From the NCBI RefSeq assembly GCF_001194135.2, contig NC_068990.1, positions 36,856,299 to 36,903,337 of the forward strand: 47,039 bases of DNA, given 5' to 3'. The position numbers and the translations under genes were made by a program. Below are positions 23,436 to 37,768 of this stretch, piece by piece (the first letter of the stretch is position 1; the number at the start of each line of letters is the position of its first letter). Source of the DNA: Octopus bimaculoides (Eukaryota). Under the pieces are notes generated by a model. The model worked only from the letters and a program-made list of their open reading frames with translations. It did not search any database and was not told the DNA's origin.

Positions 23436-24102
23436 CTGAAAATTTCACATCTTGCCTGCATAAAAGGAATACATCTTTCAATACTGGCTGCTACTAATAT
23501 TCCATCTTACCAATTGCTCCTCACTGCCTGATCTTTCTTCATATTCTAGCCTTCCATTTCACCTTCACCTACAAATATTTCTTCTTTTTATTCTTTCTTT
23601 TTTTTTTTGTTTTCCATCCTTTCCTTTTCCAAAGTCTTGCCTTTCTGTTTCACAAGCTCCCTCTCTGTTTATCTCTTTCAGTATTTATATCAATCATTCT
23701 ATTTTTTCTTTTGCTCTCTCTACTCTTGCCCTTTTCTTCTATCATTCATTCTTTTACTTTTTCCTTCCTTTCTTCCTTCCTCTCTTTTACTCTTTCTATC
23801 CTTCTTTAACTTCCACACTTATAGCATTCAAGTTATAGCCGTTTTCACTCCAAGGAGTAAATTTCTTGTCAGACCCGAATCCTTAATTATTAGCATTACA
23901 TTAAAAACAATTTTTCCTTAATCATAATGTTAAAAAAAAAAAAAATTGTGTGTTACATTATTTCGAGGCATGCACAACAGAACTGACTCTAACTTCCACT
24001 GCAGCCTTTTAATTTCAGACTGTTTCAGATCCAAACAGACACATCCAAACAGATTTTCATGCATGAAGTTGATAATTACATTATCTATTATATTTATATG
24101 CT

Positions 24103-24437
24103 GAGACCCCCTTCGGTCATGACTGACTATGGGATTACACCTAGAAAGTTACCCTCCGAGGCACAAGTCCGGGCAAGGTTGTTTATGGAAGACTAGCAGT
24201 TGCCATGCATACCAGTCTCCCTTCTTCACACCACCAGTGTTATCCAAGGGAAAGGCAAAGGCCGATACAACTTGGCACCTGTAAAGCTGCAACTCATTTC
24301 TACAGCTGAGTGAACTGGAGCAACGTGAAATAAAGTGTCTTGCTCAAAAACACAACATGCAGCCTGGTCCAGGATTCAAACTTACAACCTCACAATCATA
24401 AGCTCGACGCTCTAACCACTGAGCCATGCACCATCAC
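24103..24437 (-). mobile_element. tRNA-derived SINE (family D)
   Basis: Reverse complement head gtgcatggctcagtggttagagcgtcgagc...gtttgaatcctggacc, then ttgagcaagacactttatttcacgttgctccagttcactcagctg. Confidence 0.85.
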
Positions 24438-24954
24438 TATACTTGTATAATCATTACATATAACTTTATGTTTATATAATCATTACATAAAACTTTTCAT
24501 TGCTGTTTTCATTTATTGAGCACATTTGTTTTTGGCTTATGAAGAGTACCCAATCACATACAAACACACACATACAAAATACAACATATATACACTGGTA
24601 CAACACCATCTTTGGAGACACTGTTCGTCTGGAACCTCTTATAATCTACGCTAAATTATGAGCCAGAATTTCAAATTCCATCAGACACCAAACTAGTTGA
24701 CTGGTACCTTGCACAAACTAGTGTCTTGCACAGTACAGTATTGATAAAATTGCATCATTTATACTAATTTACAGGTACCTGTGTTTCATTCAATTATCTA
24801 ATTAAATTTGATATTCATTTAATTTAGTGCTGACAAAGGTAACTCCCACCTCTGGTTCACAAAAATCAGGAATTTGGAAAGGCCTTGGAGCCCAAAGGTT
24901 CAAGAAAATTGATAAATTAAATGTGTGTGTGTGTGTGTGTATGTGTGTGTGTGA

Positions 24955-25180
24955 AAGTAAATGACCTAGTGATTATGGTGTTTGCCTCCAAATCACTGTA
25001 TCACTGGTTCAATCCTTGGGTTCGGCTGCATGTGCTGATCTTGAGCAAGGAATTTCATTTCAAGTTGCACCAGTCTACTCAGCTATCCCTGCCCAAATCG
25101 TGGATCTGATAGCTAAATCAAAGAGGGGAAGATTAAAGTGGAAGTCTGTCTGCTCACATTTACAAAGGCACCTAAAACAA
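24955..25180 (+). mobile_element. Degenerate tRNA-derived SINE
   Basis: ggttcaatcc B-box; cttgagcaaggaatttcatttcaagttgcaccagtctactcagct. Confidence 0.6.
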
Positions 25181-25381
25181 TTAATGAAAGCATGGTACAT
25201 GTTATTAAGCCTTACTGGTTCCTGGGTGAATGCCTGGTTATTTATAAATATATTTATTTGTAAACACACACATACACATACACAGATCTATTTATCTATA
25301 TATATATATATATATACATATATTCACAAATACCCTCCACAGTATATATAGAGGTAAATATTCATGAAATTTGTTTGTGTA

Positions 25382-25423
<42 letters not shown>

Positions 25424-25792
25424 TGTGTGTGTGTATGCATATATATACATACATACATACATACACACACATACATACACAAACACACATAAATATGCAT
25501 GCGTGTGTACCTTGATTTCTTAATATATATGTTTTTGTGTACTTGTTTGTTACAAAATAAGATTTTATTGTCCATTATGTGACAACAAATAAAACATCCA
25601 TTACATATATACACTAACACATATCTGTGTATATATAGGTGTGTGTGTATTATGTATGTATATGCCTATACATATATATATATATATATATAATATATGT
25701 ATATGCCTATACATATATATTATATATATAATATATGTATATGCCTATACATATATATTATATAATATATGTATATACATATACATATATAT

Positions 25793-25887
<95 letters not shown>

Positions 25888-26305
25888 GCATATACATGCA
25901 TACTCTCTCTCACTCACACACACAAACATATATGTGTATATATATTGCAAATATCATTAGACAATATACATACATGCATACATAAGCCAACTTGCTATTG
26001 TCCTGGCTTCAAGAGATGCACTCGTCAGCTGCCAACATCTGTTACAAAACATAATATCGGTCTCTTTGATAGTCTCACAAACCAAGAGGTAAAAATAAAA
26101 TTACATTAAAACAAGCATGAAAGAAAACAAAAAAAAAATGTTTAAAGAAATAAAACAAAATATCGAGAAGCATATGAGAAAATGCCAAACATTTTCAAAA
26201 TCGGTGAGCCATATAATTTCACATGGCAGTCAATTTGAAGTCGGTATGAACTCATTTCGGATTTTATCATGCAAATACTTGATATTTGGCTGCAAATGTA
26301 TACAA

Positions 26306-26342
<37 letters not shown>

Positions 26343-26967
26343 TGTATGTATGTATATATATATGTATGCATATATACATATATGTATATATACACACACA
26401 CACACATACATCTATACATATATATATATATTATTGTTGTTATTTATTATAGACTTATATAAAGATACACGAATGTATTTTATATGTATGTTTACAAATG
26501 TGAATATGTGCATATGTATGTTCTTATATGTACTTATATTTCTGCAATCATATTGGTATTTGTATGATATCAGTGTAAAATAATCTATTGTAGCTGTATG
26601 AACATAGCCGTCTAGTTTCTAATGTTTGCTGTAGACATTATAACAATACATATGCAAATAATCAGTAATACACAATACACATGCCAAAACACATAAATGA
26701 AATAAAATACAATATAAAGTAATATAATATAATATGATATAATGTATTCTTATTTTGAGAATGGGGATGTAGGTAAGTTGGGAAAGTATCTGGAAGTAAA
26801 TAATATGAAATGTTTTGTTGCATCTCTTTATACCGTGAGTTCAAATCAACTAGATTCCTCTCTAGTTTGTGAGCTTGCATTTATATTAGAGAAGACTAAT
26901 ATATATATATATATATTTTTATATGTACATGTGTGAATGTGTGTATCATTTGCACATGTGTATTTTA

Positions 26968-27050
<83 letters not shown>

Positions 27051-27879
27051 TAGATATGGTGGCTGTCAACTAACTATTGAGTATGACCATCTTTTGCACT
27101 TCCTTTTTCCTTATAAGATGTTTTGCCTTCCCGTTATTGTTTCTTACAAAAATGAGCATACACACTAGTATTGTAATATCAAGACTCCACCTCCCAGACA
27201 TCAACAGCACTTGAATGTAGGATGCAGCTATATGCCCAACAGAAGGGTCACAACTGCTCTCACCTGTGTTACACCTTCTGTGTGTGCTTACTAGTAATGA
27301 AACTGCAGATATGGAAATATTTAATTTTTGAAGATACATGTAATACTTGGATTGTCACAACAAAAGATCTGCTGTCTGTTTGTAACTACGACATTCTTAA
27401 GTCTTTGCTTGTTCTGGAAAACCAGAAAAAAACAAAAACAAAACAAAAAAGATTGCGTAAGTACACGCCTATCTAATGCTATAGTCATAAATGTTCAAAT
27501 ATTTTAGAGGTAAATATTTAAAACTGTTATATAAATAACAAGCGAATAGATAAAATAAGATTGCTACAAACTACAAATACCATAGATTTCAGTAAACAGT
27601 GTCAGTGTCTTATGTGCATTTATGTACACATATAATTCTGTATGTTCTCATCAATAGATAAGCTTCATCTATTCTCTAAAATTCATTTATCTTTCATATA
27701 GCTCTTTTTTCATCCTGCAGGCTACCAAAAATCACTCTCATCTCTATTCAGGTGAAGAGCACCATTTTAAGCAGCTGAATATATCACAGATATGTGTACC
27801 ATGAATGCAATTCTCAGATAAAAAAAATAAGTGTGGCTATGTGACAAGACTGGACACTTAAGTAATGGGTAAAATCCAA

Positions 27880-28340
27880 AACCATTCATTGTTAATTTCC
27901 CAAAGCTAGATGCCATGGGACAGCTGCAATTGCGAAAACCTCTCCTGTCCCTCATCTACATTGAAAAGCAGAATAAATTATGTTTAGGCTATCAGAAGTG
28001 GTCAATGATTCAATGAAACAATGTCATTTTTTCTAATGAATCATACTTCATTTTTTTCCCCACTTCATGGGGGTGTCTGGAAACACCCGCAAACAAGCCT
28101 TTGACTAACTGTTTGGCTCCTACTATGAGGCATAAAGCTAACTCTGTAATAATTTGGGCAACCATATGGAATTGGCTCTTTAGTTGTTCTACATGACAGA
28201 GTTAATACAAAGGGTTACCTGAATATTTTGGTTAATCATCATTATCTTATGGTACAAACATTTTTCCCTGGTGGTAGTACCATCTTCCAGGATGGTAAAG
28301 CACCAATTCACACAGTTGACGTTAATCAAAACAGAGGCTC
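27880..28340 (+). mobile_element. Tc1/mariner transposase pseudogene fragment
   Basis: RKPLLS...QKWSMIQ*NNVIFSNESYF (first catalytic D region), CLAPTMRHKANSVIIWATIW, NTKGYLNIL...TIFQDGKAPIHT (second D motif, FQDDNAP-like). Confidence 0.85.
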
Positions 28341-29155
28341 TAACATATATTTTACTTTAGTTTCCATAAGTCTAAGATATTTCTCACTGCTGTGTATCGA
28401 CATGAGAATCACTTGACTTACCTCCCATGAGAAATTCTCAGATATTAACATAGATCACAACACTGACTTTCAAACACTTCAAATAATTAAGAAGCCATTT
28501 GTGATATGTGAGTGAAGAAAAAGTTAACTGGATCAACCACAGGCAAATATAATCAATCATGAAATTAAAGGATTAGCAAATATTCACTGATTATTAAAAA
28601 CTACCATGTTTGCAAAATCAGATTTTATCTCTATCAATTATTTACTCATTGAATTATTTTAATGCACTATTAAAAGTAAGATAAAAATATTTCAAATCAG
28701 AACATTTAGAGTTCATAGTTCATGGAAATGGTTAAAAGGATTTTAATAACATCCACTCTTTTCACATTTGTGATTTGTAAACATGAATTATGGACAGTTG
28801 TCATTTGAATTTATCTTGAAACTGGAAGCATTGAGGTTTTTTAATTTTTTTTTATTCAAAATCAGAAAGAGTCTTATGCAATTAGCATAAAGAACTATAT
28901 TTACATTTGTAATTAACCAGTTAATTCTACAGACTTTTATGCTTCACTGATTTGATGCTAAACAGTTTTCTATTTTGAAAAGTTATGCAATTAAGTGGAA
29001 CTGATTGACTGACTGGATGGAGGATGTATGGATAGTTGACATACATATATATATGTGCATATATAAGTACATGTATGCATGTATGCACATGCACTCATAT
29101 TTATGTACATACATACACACATATCTAAGTGCATAAATACACAGTTAATATATTA

Positions 29156-29388
29156 ATTTCTTTATTGCCCACGGGGGGGGGGCTAAACATAGAGGGGGCA
29201 AACAAGGAGAGACAAGGGGATTAAGTCGATTACATTGATCCCAGTGCGTAGCTGGTACTTATTTAATCGACCCCAAAAGGATGAAAGGCAAAGTCAACTT
29301 CGGTAGAATTTGAACTCAGAACATAACAGCAGACGAAATACTGCTAAGCATTTCACCCAGCGAGCTAACGATTCTGCCAGCTCACCAC
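29156..29388 (-). mobile_element. SINE family B
   Basis: Reverse complement of the 22204 copy. Confidence 0.9.
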
Positions 29389-31202
29389 AGTTAATATATT
29401 GGTACAGGAATGGATTTGTGGTCAACCAACTAGATTTGGGGTCCATCCCACTCTGTAAAACCTTGGACAAGTGTCTTCCACTGTAGTCTTGGGCTAGAAA
29501 TTTGATTGAATAAAGCTCAAGACAAACATATTGTATCATCCTCCTCATCAGCACCATCATCATTTAGCATCTGTTGTCCATGCTGGCATGCACTGGACGA
29601 GAGAAGCCTATGCATACTCTCTTTCAGATACATACATACACATGTGTTTGTGTATACAGGCACACACATATATGTATGTACAGCCACATCTACATCAGCT
29701 AGAAGAAAGTGTTGAGTGAACAATGTATCCTATGTGGTCTGAATTTGTGATGGACACACAGACTGTTGCTATTCTAATATGTTTCCAATTTTCATAAGTA
29801 AAGGATAAAACACGAAAACAATTGAGTAAGCTGCTAAGGGTGGGCTGGGAGATATTTGCTAGCTATCAAGGTTATCTATAGTTGAGATTCCAGTGTTAAA
29901 GAAGACATCCACTACCACATCAACGATGACAACGACAACAACAACAGTAAAAGTATCTTCATCAGCCCCACATATATCAATAAGAATTGTCACCATAATA
30001 ACAGCAACAACATTATGAATAAATGAATACACAACATCAACAACAATATAAATATAGGCATATATATACATTCATATATACACATACAGAGTGATAAAAA
30101 AAAATTCTCCTGAGCTATTTACTATTTTAAATAAAAAGGAATGGGAAGACATATTGGATAATATACTCCTTGATAAGGTTTGACTGAATAAAGACATAGC
30201 ATGGCTGAATGGTTAAGATGTCTACTTTGCAATTATGAGGTCACAGGTTCACTTCTGATGCTTAGAGATGTGGACAAGCATTACTTACTGCAGCCTTGTG
30301 AATGTAATTGAAGAGATGGAATGGAAGCTGTACGGAAGTTGTCTGGAAGCTTGTCAGATGGACTATGACAGTAATTCAAAACTCCAGTCTTGTTATACCA
30401 TGCATCAACATTTACAACAACTACACACAGCTATAATAGTGACTTTGAGCTAAAAAGAGAGACTTTATGGGCTCAAACCATTAGAAGTAACAGCTGAACT
30501 TTCCTTGAAGACCAGCAAACTGAATTTTTGAAATTAGATATGGCCTGAGGTCACACAGAAAAACACCATAACAGTGGTATCAACATTATTGATAGATCTA
30601 ACACATTGTATGATTTATCATCACCATCTAGTCTTAGGGTGCTTATAGCAGAGAGTTCACTCTGTTGCAAGCATTCAAGCCAGTCTCCCTCAATGCTCAG
30701 ATATTTCTTGCATAAACTGGCCTGTTCATGGATGTTCAAGATACCCATATATTTGCATCTATGTCACCAGCACGAGAAGGTTACAGAAGGAGTAGCTCTT
30801 CCTCCATAGAAATACTTCTAAATAAGAGATGTAACCAATAACATTAAGATAACTGTAACAACACACCACTACAATAGTTTCAATAACATCACAATGGCAA
30901 TAGTATTACAATTGTAGTGTTGCTCCTGCAACAATGTCACAGCTACAATAATATTACAATTGCAAGAGCAACAGAATTTCAACAAAACAACACCTGAAAC
31001 AATGCGGCAACTACAACAGAGCTACAATGAAACAACTGTAACAAACAACTCCAGTAACAACCGTAACATTATAGCAATTGCAGTTCCATAACTAATTCAA
31101 CAGCATCATGACACTACACGTGCATGTTTACACTCAACTAATCACAAAGCAGAAAAGAATCATTAAATTCTTATTCGAAATGCTAGAAACAGAAGCTAAA
31201 TA

Positions 31203-31380
31203 AGGCGGTAAGCTGGCAGAATCGTTAGCACACCGGGCGAAATGCTTAGTGGTATTTCATCTGCCGTTACGTTCTGAGTTCAAATTCCGCCGAGGTCGAC
31301 TTTGCCTTTCATCCTTTCGGGGTCGATTAGATAAGTACCAGTTACGCACTGGGGTCGATATAATCGACTTAATCCATTTG
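31203..31380 (+). mobile_element. Young SINE family B, 3'-truncated
   Basis: ggcggtaagctggcagaatcgttagc...gaggtcgactttgcctttcatcctttcggggtcg. Confidence 0.92.
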
Positions 31381-32004
31381 TGTATTAGTTTAATGCTCAA
31401 GAAGAATGGAAAAGCCTTTGATGTTTCAAGCTCATGTTCTTTGACAGAAAGGACTGAAAGTAAAAAAAAAATAGAGAGAGTATGAAAAAAATGGAGTGAG
31501 AGAAAAATGCGTAGGGATTAATAGTTATACATGATGAAATGGCTGGAAGAAAGTGGTTGAATGAAAGGGAGATAATAATGGTGACCTGGCTAAACAAATG
31601 TGCGCAAACCGGTGTGTGTATGTGTGAATGGGGGTGAGTGCATGAGTTTGTATGTGTGGGCAAGCTATGTCAGCCTGTGTGTGTGTATATATATATATGC
31701 ACACACACACACACATATATATATATACTGTCACTATACCACACTAAGAATATTCAGACTGACTACCGCCCCACTGTTACTGCCACAACAAGAATAAAAG
31801 CAACGATAAAGATGATAGCAACAGAAAAAGAAAATGTGAATGATAATAACAACAACAGTAAGGACACACAGACAAGAAAACCCAGTTGCCCAATTCCTCA
31901 CCAAAAATATCCAAAGTCCCCCCACCACCACCATGTTCATGCACCAAGATATTTCTCGCTTTTTTTTTCTCTCATCTCAACACACACACTCAAATATAGA
32001 CATG

Positions 32005-32045
<41 letters not shown>

Positions 32046-32182
32046 TATGCATGAATGTATGTATATAAATGTATATTTATATTATATATATATATGTATG
32101 TATATATATATATATATACCAATATCTATCTATCTGTATATGTGTATGTGGTGTGAGTATGTATGTGTGTATGTTTATGCAA

Positions 32183-32213
<31 letters not shown>

Positions 32214-32353
32214 CACATATGCATATGCATATATAAACACAAACACATACACACATATATATACACACATATTATACACACATACATGTACATATATACC
32301 CATATATAAATATGTGTATATACTCATACATACATATGTATGTATATACATAC

Positions 32354-32393
<40 letters not shown>

Positions 32394-32950
32394 NNNNNNN
32401 NNNNNNNNNNNNNNNNNNNNNNNNNNNNNNNNNNNNNNNNNNNNNNNNNNNNNNNNNNNNNNNNNNNNNNNNNNNNNNNNNNNNNNNNATATACATATAT
32501 ATATATGTCCTTCAGTTTGTTTCTTTACAATAACAAATATGTGTCTTTCCATCCAAAACATATGTGCTTATGTATGGTGGCCTGTTGGTGTTGAAACTAT
32601 GACATACAAAACAAGCAAAAATGATGACAATGTTTAGCTTGGTTCCCCTCCTTCATATTTTGATATGTATCAAAGCTAACTGTATTTTAAATAGCATTCA
32701 TTCAATTCTTAGGGACAGATATTGAAATGAGATTAATATATAACATCATATGATAAAACACTATGAAAAAAAGACGAAAAGATTTGGCAACAACATTTAC
32801 TTAAATATGACAAACACACCACGCAACCATGTATAATATAATAATAATAAAAAAAAAGTTAAAAATGAAGCTACATCAAAAACAACAACAATGCATGCAC
32901 ATATACACTGAAACAAGCACAGAGAAGGAAACATCCTGATGAATACATAC

Positions 32951-32966
32951 CTACATTCCTTGTTTT
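32951..32966 (-). CDS. Candidate 16-nt micro-exon (KTRNV, phase 0 to 1)
   Basis: Very strong pyrimidine tract ttttgctctttttttcccccccag|AAAACAAGGAATGTAG|gtatgt. Could be a chance match. Confidence 0.25.
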
Positions 32967-33351
32967 CTGGGGGGGAAAAAAAGAGCAAAACCAGAATAGA
33001 AAGTAAAGAATAAATAAATAAAGACAAATGAAAATAAATGAAAATAAAATGTAGAATGCAAATATTAAAAGTTAATCTGAAGATGATAGAGTTATAATGC
33101 AATTGAGAAAGAAGACTACTGTGTTGAATGTAAATTATGGTTTTTGTTGTTGATCTATTGAAGATATGAGATGGTGCTTTGAAGAAAAATTTCTGGTTAG
33201 TTCTTGAAATCCCACAAAGGAATAAAACTGCACAAATATATACACACACATACTTATACATTTGTGTATATATATGTGTATAATCATGTCTATCTATCTA
33301 TCTACCTCTCTCTCTCTATCTAACTATTTATCTATCTATCTATCCAGCTAT

Positions 33352-33394
<43 letters not shown>

Positions 33395-33442
33395 AGTATA
33401 TGTGTATATGTATATGTGAATGTGTGTGTGCTTGTTTTTGTG

Positions 33443-33491
<49 letters not shown>

Positions 33492-33835
33492 ATGTGTGTG
33501 TGTAGTTGGTGGTGCTGATGGTTATGATTGAGGTTCTGATATTCATGGTCATGATGTAGATATATATCTACACACACACAACACTATACCATGAATATCC
33601 CAACCTTAGTCATGATTGTTGCCTCCACCACCATCAACATCATTACCATCATTACTTTTATCACCATCACCATCACAGCCATTCTCCCAACTTCACTACC
33701 ACCAAAATTATCATAATATTTAAATTAAGTTTTAACAAGCTGACATGGCTTAGAAATGTTCATAGTAAGGTTTAACTCACACTGGGTCAGCAAACATCTG
33801 ACACCCCTAGGGTGTCAGCACTCCAGCATGCATCT

Positions 33836-34067
33836 TATTTCTTTATTGCCCACAAGGGGCTAAACATAGAGGGGACAAACAAAGACAGGCAAGGAGATTA
33901 AGTCCATTACATCGACCCCAGTGCGTAACTGGTACTTAATTTATCGACCCCGAAAGGATGAAAGACAAAGTCTACCTCGGCGGAATTTGAACTCAGAACG
34001 TAATGGCAGACAAAATACCGCTAAGCATTTCAACCAGTGTGCTAACGTTTCTGCCAGCTCACCGCCT
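33836..34067 (-). mobile_element. SINE family B with 7-bp TSD (tgcatct)
   Basis: TSD at 33829-33835 and 34068-34074. Full head-to-tail copy. Confidence 0.9.
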
Positions 34068-34099
34068 TGCATCTGACATGCAACTGACACCCCTAGGGT

Positions 34100-35900
34100 A
34101 AATAAATCTAAACTACAATAAAACTCCCTAACTTCTTTGGTCTATATTCTAATCCAGACACCTTCCAGAAGTAGCAGCAAATTATTGTACAACTTCACTT
34201 ATTTTTTAGGTGTCATTTATTGTTCATTCCAACTCAGCTGCTTCTACAATGAGAAGTTAAGGATTTTAATGCTCAGTCCTTCTAATAAATTAGCAGTCCA
34301 TATCCCACAGGTTGTACTTGACTCAGTTCTCTCACATTTCTATAGAACAAAATTTATTGTCCTTACCTGACATCCATATAACACGATAGTTCTTTCCAAG
34401 GTTTCATACTGCCTACTGTTTGTACAAAAAAGTTCCCTGTATATCTAGCTTGTCTCCTTACAATAAAACTGTAATAGTTTCTTTAAAACCATCTCTGCTT
34501 TTGGATATGTAACTTAAGTAACAATATTTGTGTTACTTCTAGTAAAACAGTCAAGTCATCCATTGAACTTGCTTAGCTGGTCATCTTCCTGTTAGCTCCT
34601 CTTGTATATCTATCACAAGTGAAGTCCTGATTATTTATCAACCCTTCAGAGATCTCATAATATCTCTTGTACTCCTATTATTTGCATTACATACAGTATC
34701 GAGTTCCTAACAAATACTCCTTTATATGCAGAAAAAAACCATTTCTCAGATGGTACTTGGATTTGTTGTCCTCTTAAAAAAATGTGATCACATTCATATA
34801 TCGAATTCTTGAACACTTCTTTAAGATTAGAATCTTTTCAGCAGCATTTTCCAGGATCCTGTTTGTTCTAAAACACTGGTTCCCAACCAGGATCCATATG
34901 GCCCCTGAGGATCTATATTAGATTTTTGGGGTTCCATGTAACAAAATAGCAAATTAGGGAACCACAACAGTATTTTAAGAGCCCCTGACAAAATTTTGCT
35001 TCAGGTGTAAATATTGGTGTGTATTGCAAGAAACAGCTGTTTTTTTTCTCTAACATTTTACATAATTCAACCTACACAAATTAACATGTAAAAAACCAAA
35101 TAGGAATTTTGAAAGAATCTTCTATAGAAATAGTTCTTAAACATCGAATGGCTATGGTGATCTACCAGAATAAAATATTTCAAAAGGGTCCATAGATAAA
35201 AAATGATTGAGAACCCCAGTGCCATTCCTTAAAGAACCTATATAGAATAGAAGGGACTTTATAGATAATCCTTTATATACACCAGTTTGTAGAAATGAAA
35301 TCTTAACTCAGTTCACAAACTTTTAGGATAACCTTCATTAATAATCATTGTACAGATTTTGGATTGACCTCACAAGGCAACAGAGTATTCATAATTCCAC
35401 AAGCAACAAATCATGGATCTCTGTTAAAGATGTTACCCAGGTCCATGAATATAGCAACCATAACTAATTTCAGTTCCCTTCATCCAAGAAAATCTTCCAT
35501 TCCCATTTCTTCATTGAGAATAAGGAAACTCATATCACTTCAAAAATACTTGTAAACAATGCTTTTAACTTTTTTTTGTCATGAATGAAGACTGTGCTCA
35601 AGACCTTTCACGAGTCATCCAACACTACTAGGAGGTAAGGAGGGAAGACGGAAGCTATCTTGAAACTGGTGACTTAACCCAAATGCTTTCAAGAGAGTGG
35701 ATACCTCTACTGCAGCAGGACATAGCCATCTCGTCACATTCTTCATTTGATTCATTTTATGCAAAACCAAGTTTTTGTCCTCCTCTGAGTTGAGCTATTT
35801 AAACTAACTGCTAATAATGTGGTTGTACTTCCAATCCTGTCCAACTCCACTCTATACTTGACATTAATATCTCTGTCTTTAAAATTATTTAACTTTGTCT
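34100..35900 (-). mobile_element. Very old RTE LINE relic interrupted by a MITE
   Basis: LVMVAIFMDLGNIFNRDP (~35430-35490) resembles the RT motif LYMAFVDLEKAFDRVP. RTIVLYGCQ (~34370-34395) resembles SVLLYGCETW. Many stops. Confidence 0.5.
34874..35221. mobile_element. hAT/Charlie-like MITE
   Basis: Degenerate TIRs cactggttcccaa and ttgagaaccccagtg. No matching 8-bp TSD found. Confidence 0.5.
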
Positions 35901-35909
35901 CTGCAACTA

Positions 35910-35957
<48 letters not shown>

Positions 35958-36389
35958 NNNNNNNNNNNNNNNNNNNNNNNNNNNNNNNNNNNNNNNNNNN
36001 NNNNNNNNNNNNNNNNNNNNNNNNNNNNNNNNNNNNNNNNNNNNNNNNNNNNNNNNNNNNNNNNNNNNNNNNNNNNNNNNNNNNNNNNNNNNNNNNNNNN
36101 NNNNNNNNNNNNNNNNNNNNNNNNNNNNNNNNNNNNNNNNNNNNNNNNNNNNNNNNNNNNNNNNNNNNNNNNNNNNNNNNNNNNNNNNNNNNNNNNNNNN
36201 NNNNNNNNNNNNNNNNNNNNNNNNNNNNNNNNNNNNNNNNNNNNNNNNNNNNNNNNNNNNNNNNNNNNNNNNNNNNNNNNNNNNNNNNNNNNNNNNNNNN
36301 NNNNNNNNNNNNNNNNNNNNNNNNNNNNNNNNNNNNNNNNNNNNNNNNNNNNNNNNNNNNNNNNNNNNNNNNNNNNNNNNNNNNNNNNA

Positions 36390-36831
36390 GCTTATGAGGG
36401 GGTTGACGATGAAGGGGGAAGGGGAAGGGGGTATTGGAGGGGGAGAAAGAGAGGAAGAGAAAGAGAGTGAGAGAGAAGAGAGTGAGAGAGAAGAGAGTGA
36501 GAGTGAGAGAAAGAGAGAAGAGAGAGAGAGTAAAAGAGAAGAGAGTGAGAGAGAGAGTAAGAGAAGAGAGTGAGAGAGAGAGTAAGAGAGAAGAGAGTGA
36601 GAGAGAGGAAGAGAGAAGAGAGTGAGAGAGAGGAAGAGAGAAGAGAGTGAGAGAGAGGAGGAGAGAAGAGAGTGAGAGAGAGGAAGAGAGTAAGAGTGAG
36701 AGAGGGGAGAGTAAGAGAGAAGAGAGTGAGAGAGAGGAGAGAAAGAGTAGGGGTGAAGAGAAGTGGGAGTGAAGAGAAGTAGGAATGAAGAGAAGTAGGA
36801 AGATAAGTAGGAGTGAAGAGAAGTAGGAGTG
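36390..36831 (+). repeat. GA-rich minisatellite-like tract between gaps (gagaagagagtgagagag units, then gagtgaagagaagtag units)
   Basis: Direct inspection. Confidence 0.9.
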
Positions 36832-37538
36832 NNNNNNNNNNNNNNNNNNNNNNNNNNNNNNNNNNNNNNNNNNNNNNNNNNNNNNNNNNNNNNNNNNNNN
36901 NNNNNNNNNNNNNNNNNNNNNNNNNNNNNNNNNNNNNNNNNNNNNNNNNNNNNNNNNNNNNNNNNNNNNNNNNNNNNNNNNNNNNNNNNNNNNNNNNNNN
37001 NNNNNNNNNNNNNNNNNNNNNNNNNNNNNNNNNNNNNNNNNNNNNNNNNNNNNNNNNNNNNNNNNNNNNNNNNNNNNNNNNNNNNNNNNNNNNNNNNNNN
37101 NNNNNNNNNNNNNNNNNNNNNNNNNNNNNNNNNNNNNNNNNNNNNNNNNNNNNNNNNNNNNNNNNNNNNNNNNNNNNNNNNNNNNNNNNNNNNNNNNNNN
37201 NNNNNNNNNNNNNNNNNNNNNNNNNNNNNNNNNNNNNNNNNNNNNNNNNNNNNNNNNNNNNNNNNNNNNNNNNNNNNNNNNNNNNNNNNNNNNNNNNNNN
37301 NNNNNNNNNNNNNNNNNNNNNNNNNNNNNNNNNNNNNNNNNNNNNNNNNNNNNNNNNNNNNNNNNNNNNNNNNNNNNNNNNNNNNNNNNNNNNNNNNNNN
37401 NNNNNNNNNNNNNNNNNNNNNNNNNNNNNNNNNNNNNNNNNNNNNNNNNNNNNNNNNNNNNNNNNNNNNNNNNNNNNNNNNNNNNNNNNNNNNNNNNNNN
37501 NNNNNNNNNNNNNNNNNNNNNNNNNNNNNNNNNNNNNN

Positions 37539-37768
37539 GTGATAGGTGCTGGTGAGGAGGGTGGTGTTGGAGAAGTAAGGGCAAGTGCAGCAGCGTGGGC
37601 GGGAGCAAGGGAATGAGCCAGGTTGGGAGGTTGGGAGGTTGGGTTGGGGAAGAAGCTGTGGACCAAGAGGTCTCGTAGGTTATGGGCTCGTTTGAAGGAG
37701 GGGAGGGGTAGATTAGGGAAAATGTGGGAGGTGGAGGGGTCGGACTGGAGGCGCCGGAAAACTCGGAT
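37539..37768 (-). mobile_element. Penelope-like element ORF fragment (linker and Cys knuckle before the GIY-YIG nuclease)
   Basis: FRRLQSDPSTSHIFPNLPLPSFKRAHNLRDLLVHS, then after a frameshift QPGSFPCSRPRCCTCPYFSNTT. Confidence 0.85.

Noticed and set aside
27721-27751. Plus-strand exon candidate (ctgcag|31 nt|gtgaag) that would extend MASITR to MASITRGYQKSLSSLF
   Set aside because: Weak donor, immediately upstream of a Tc1 relic, and no convincing further plus-strand exons found. Not excluded, but unsupported.
28421-28480. Strong minus-strand donor GAG|gtaagt, with similar orphan donors at ~39078 and ~44787
   Set aside because: Upstream acceptors give stops in all useful frames, or are weak, or lie in TA repeats. 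Chance donors are expected in 47 kb.
30440-30810. ORFs on both strands (30551-30748, 30606-30809)
   Set aside because: No clean splice boundaries and stops in flanking codons. The plus strand weakly resembles an old RTE endonuclease-linker relic.
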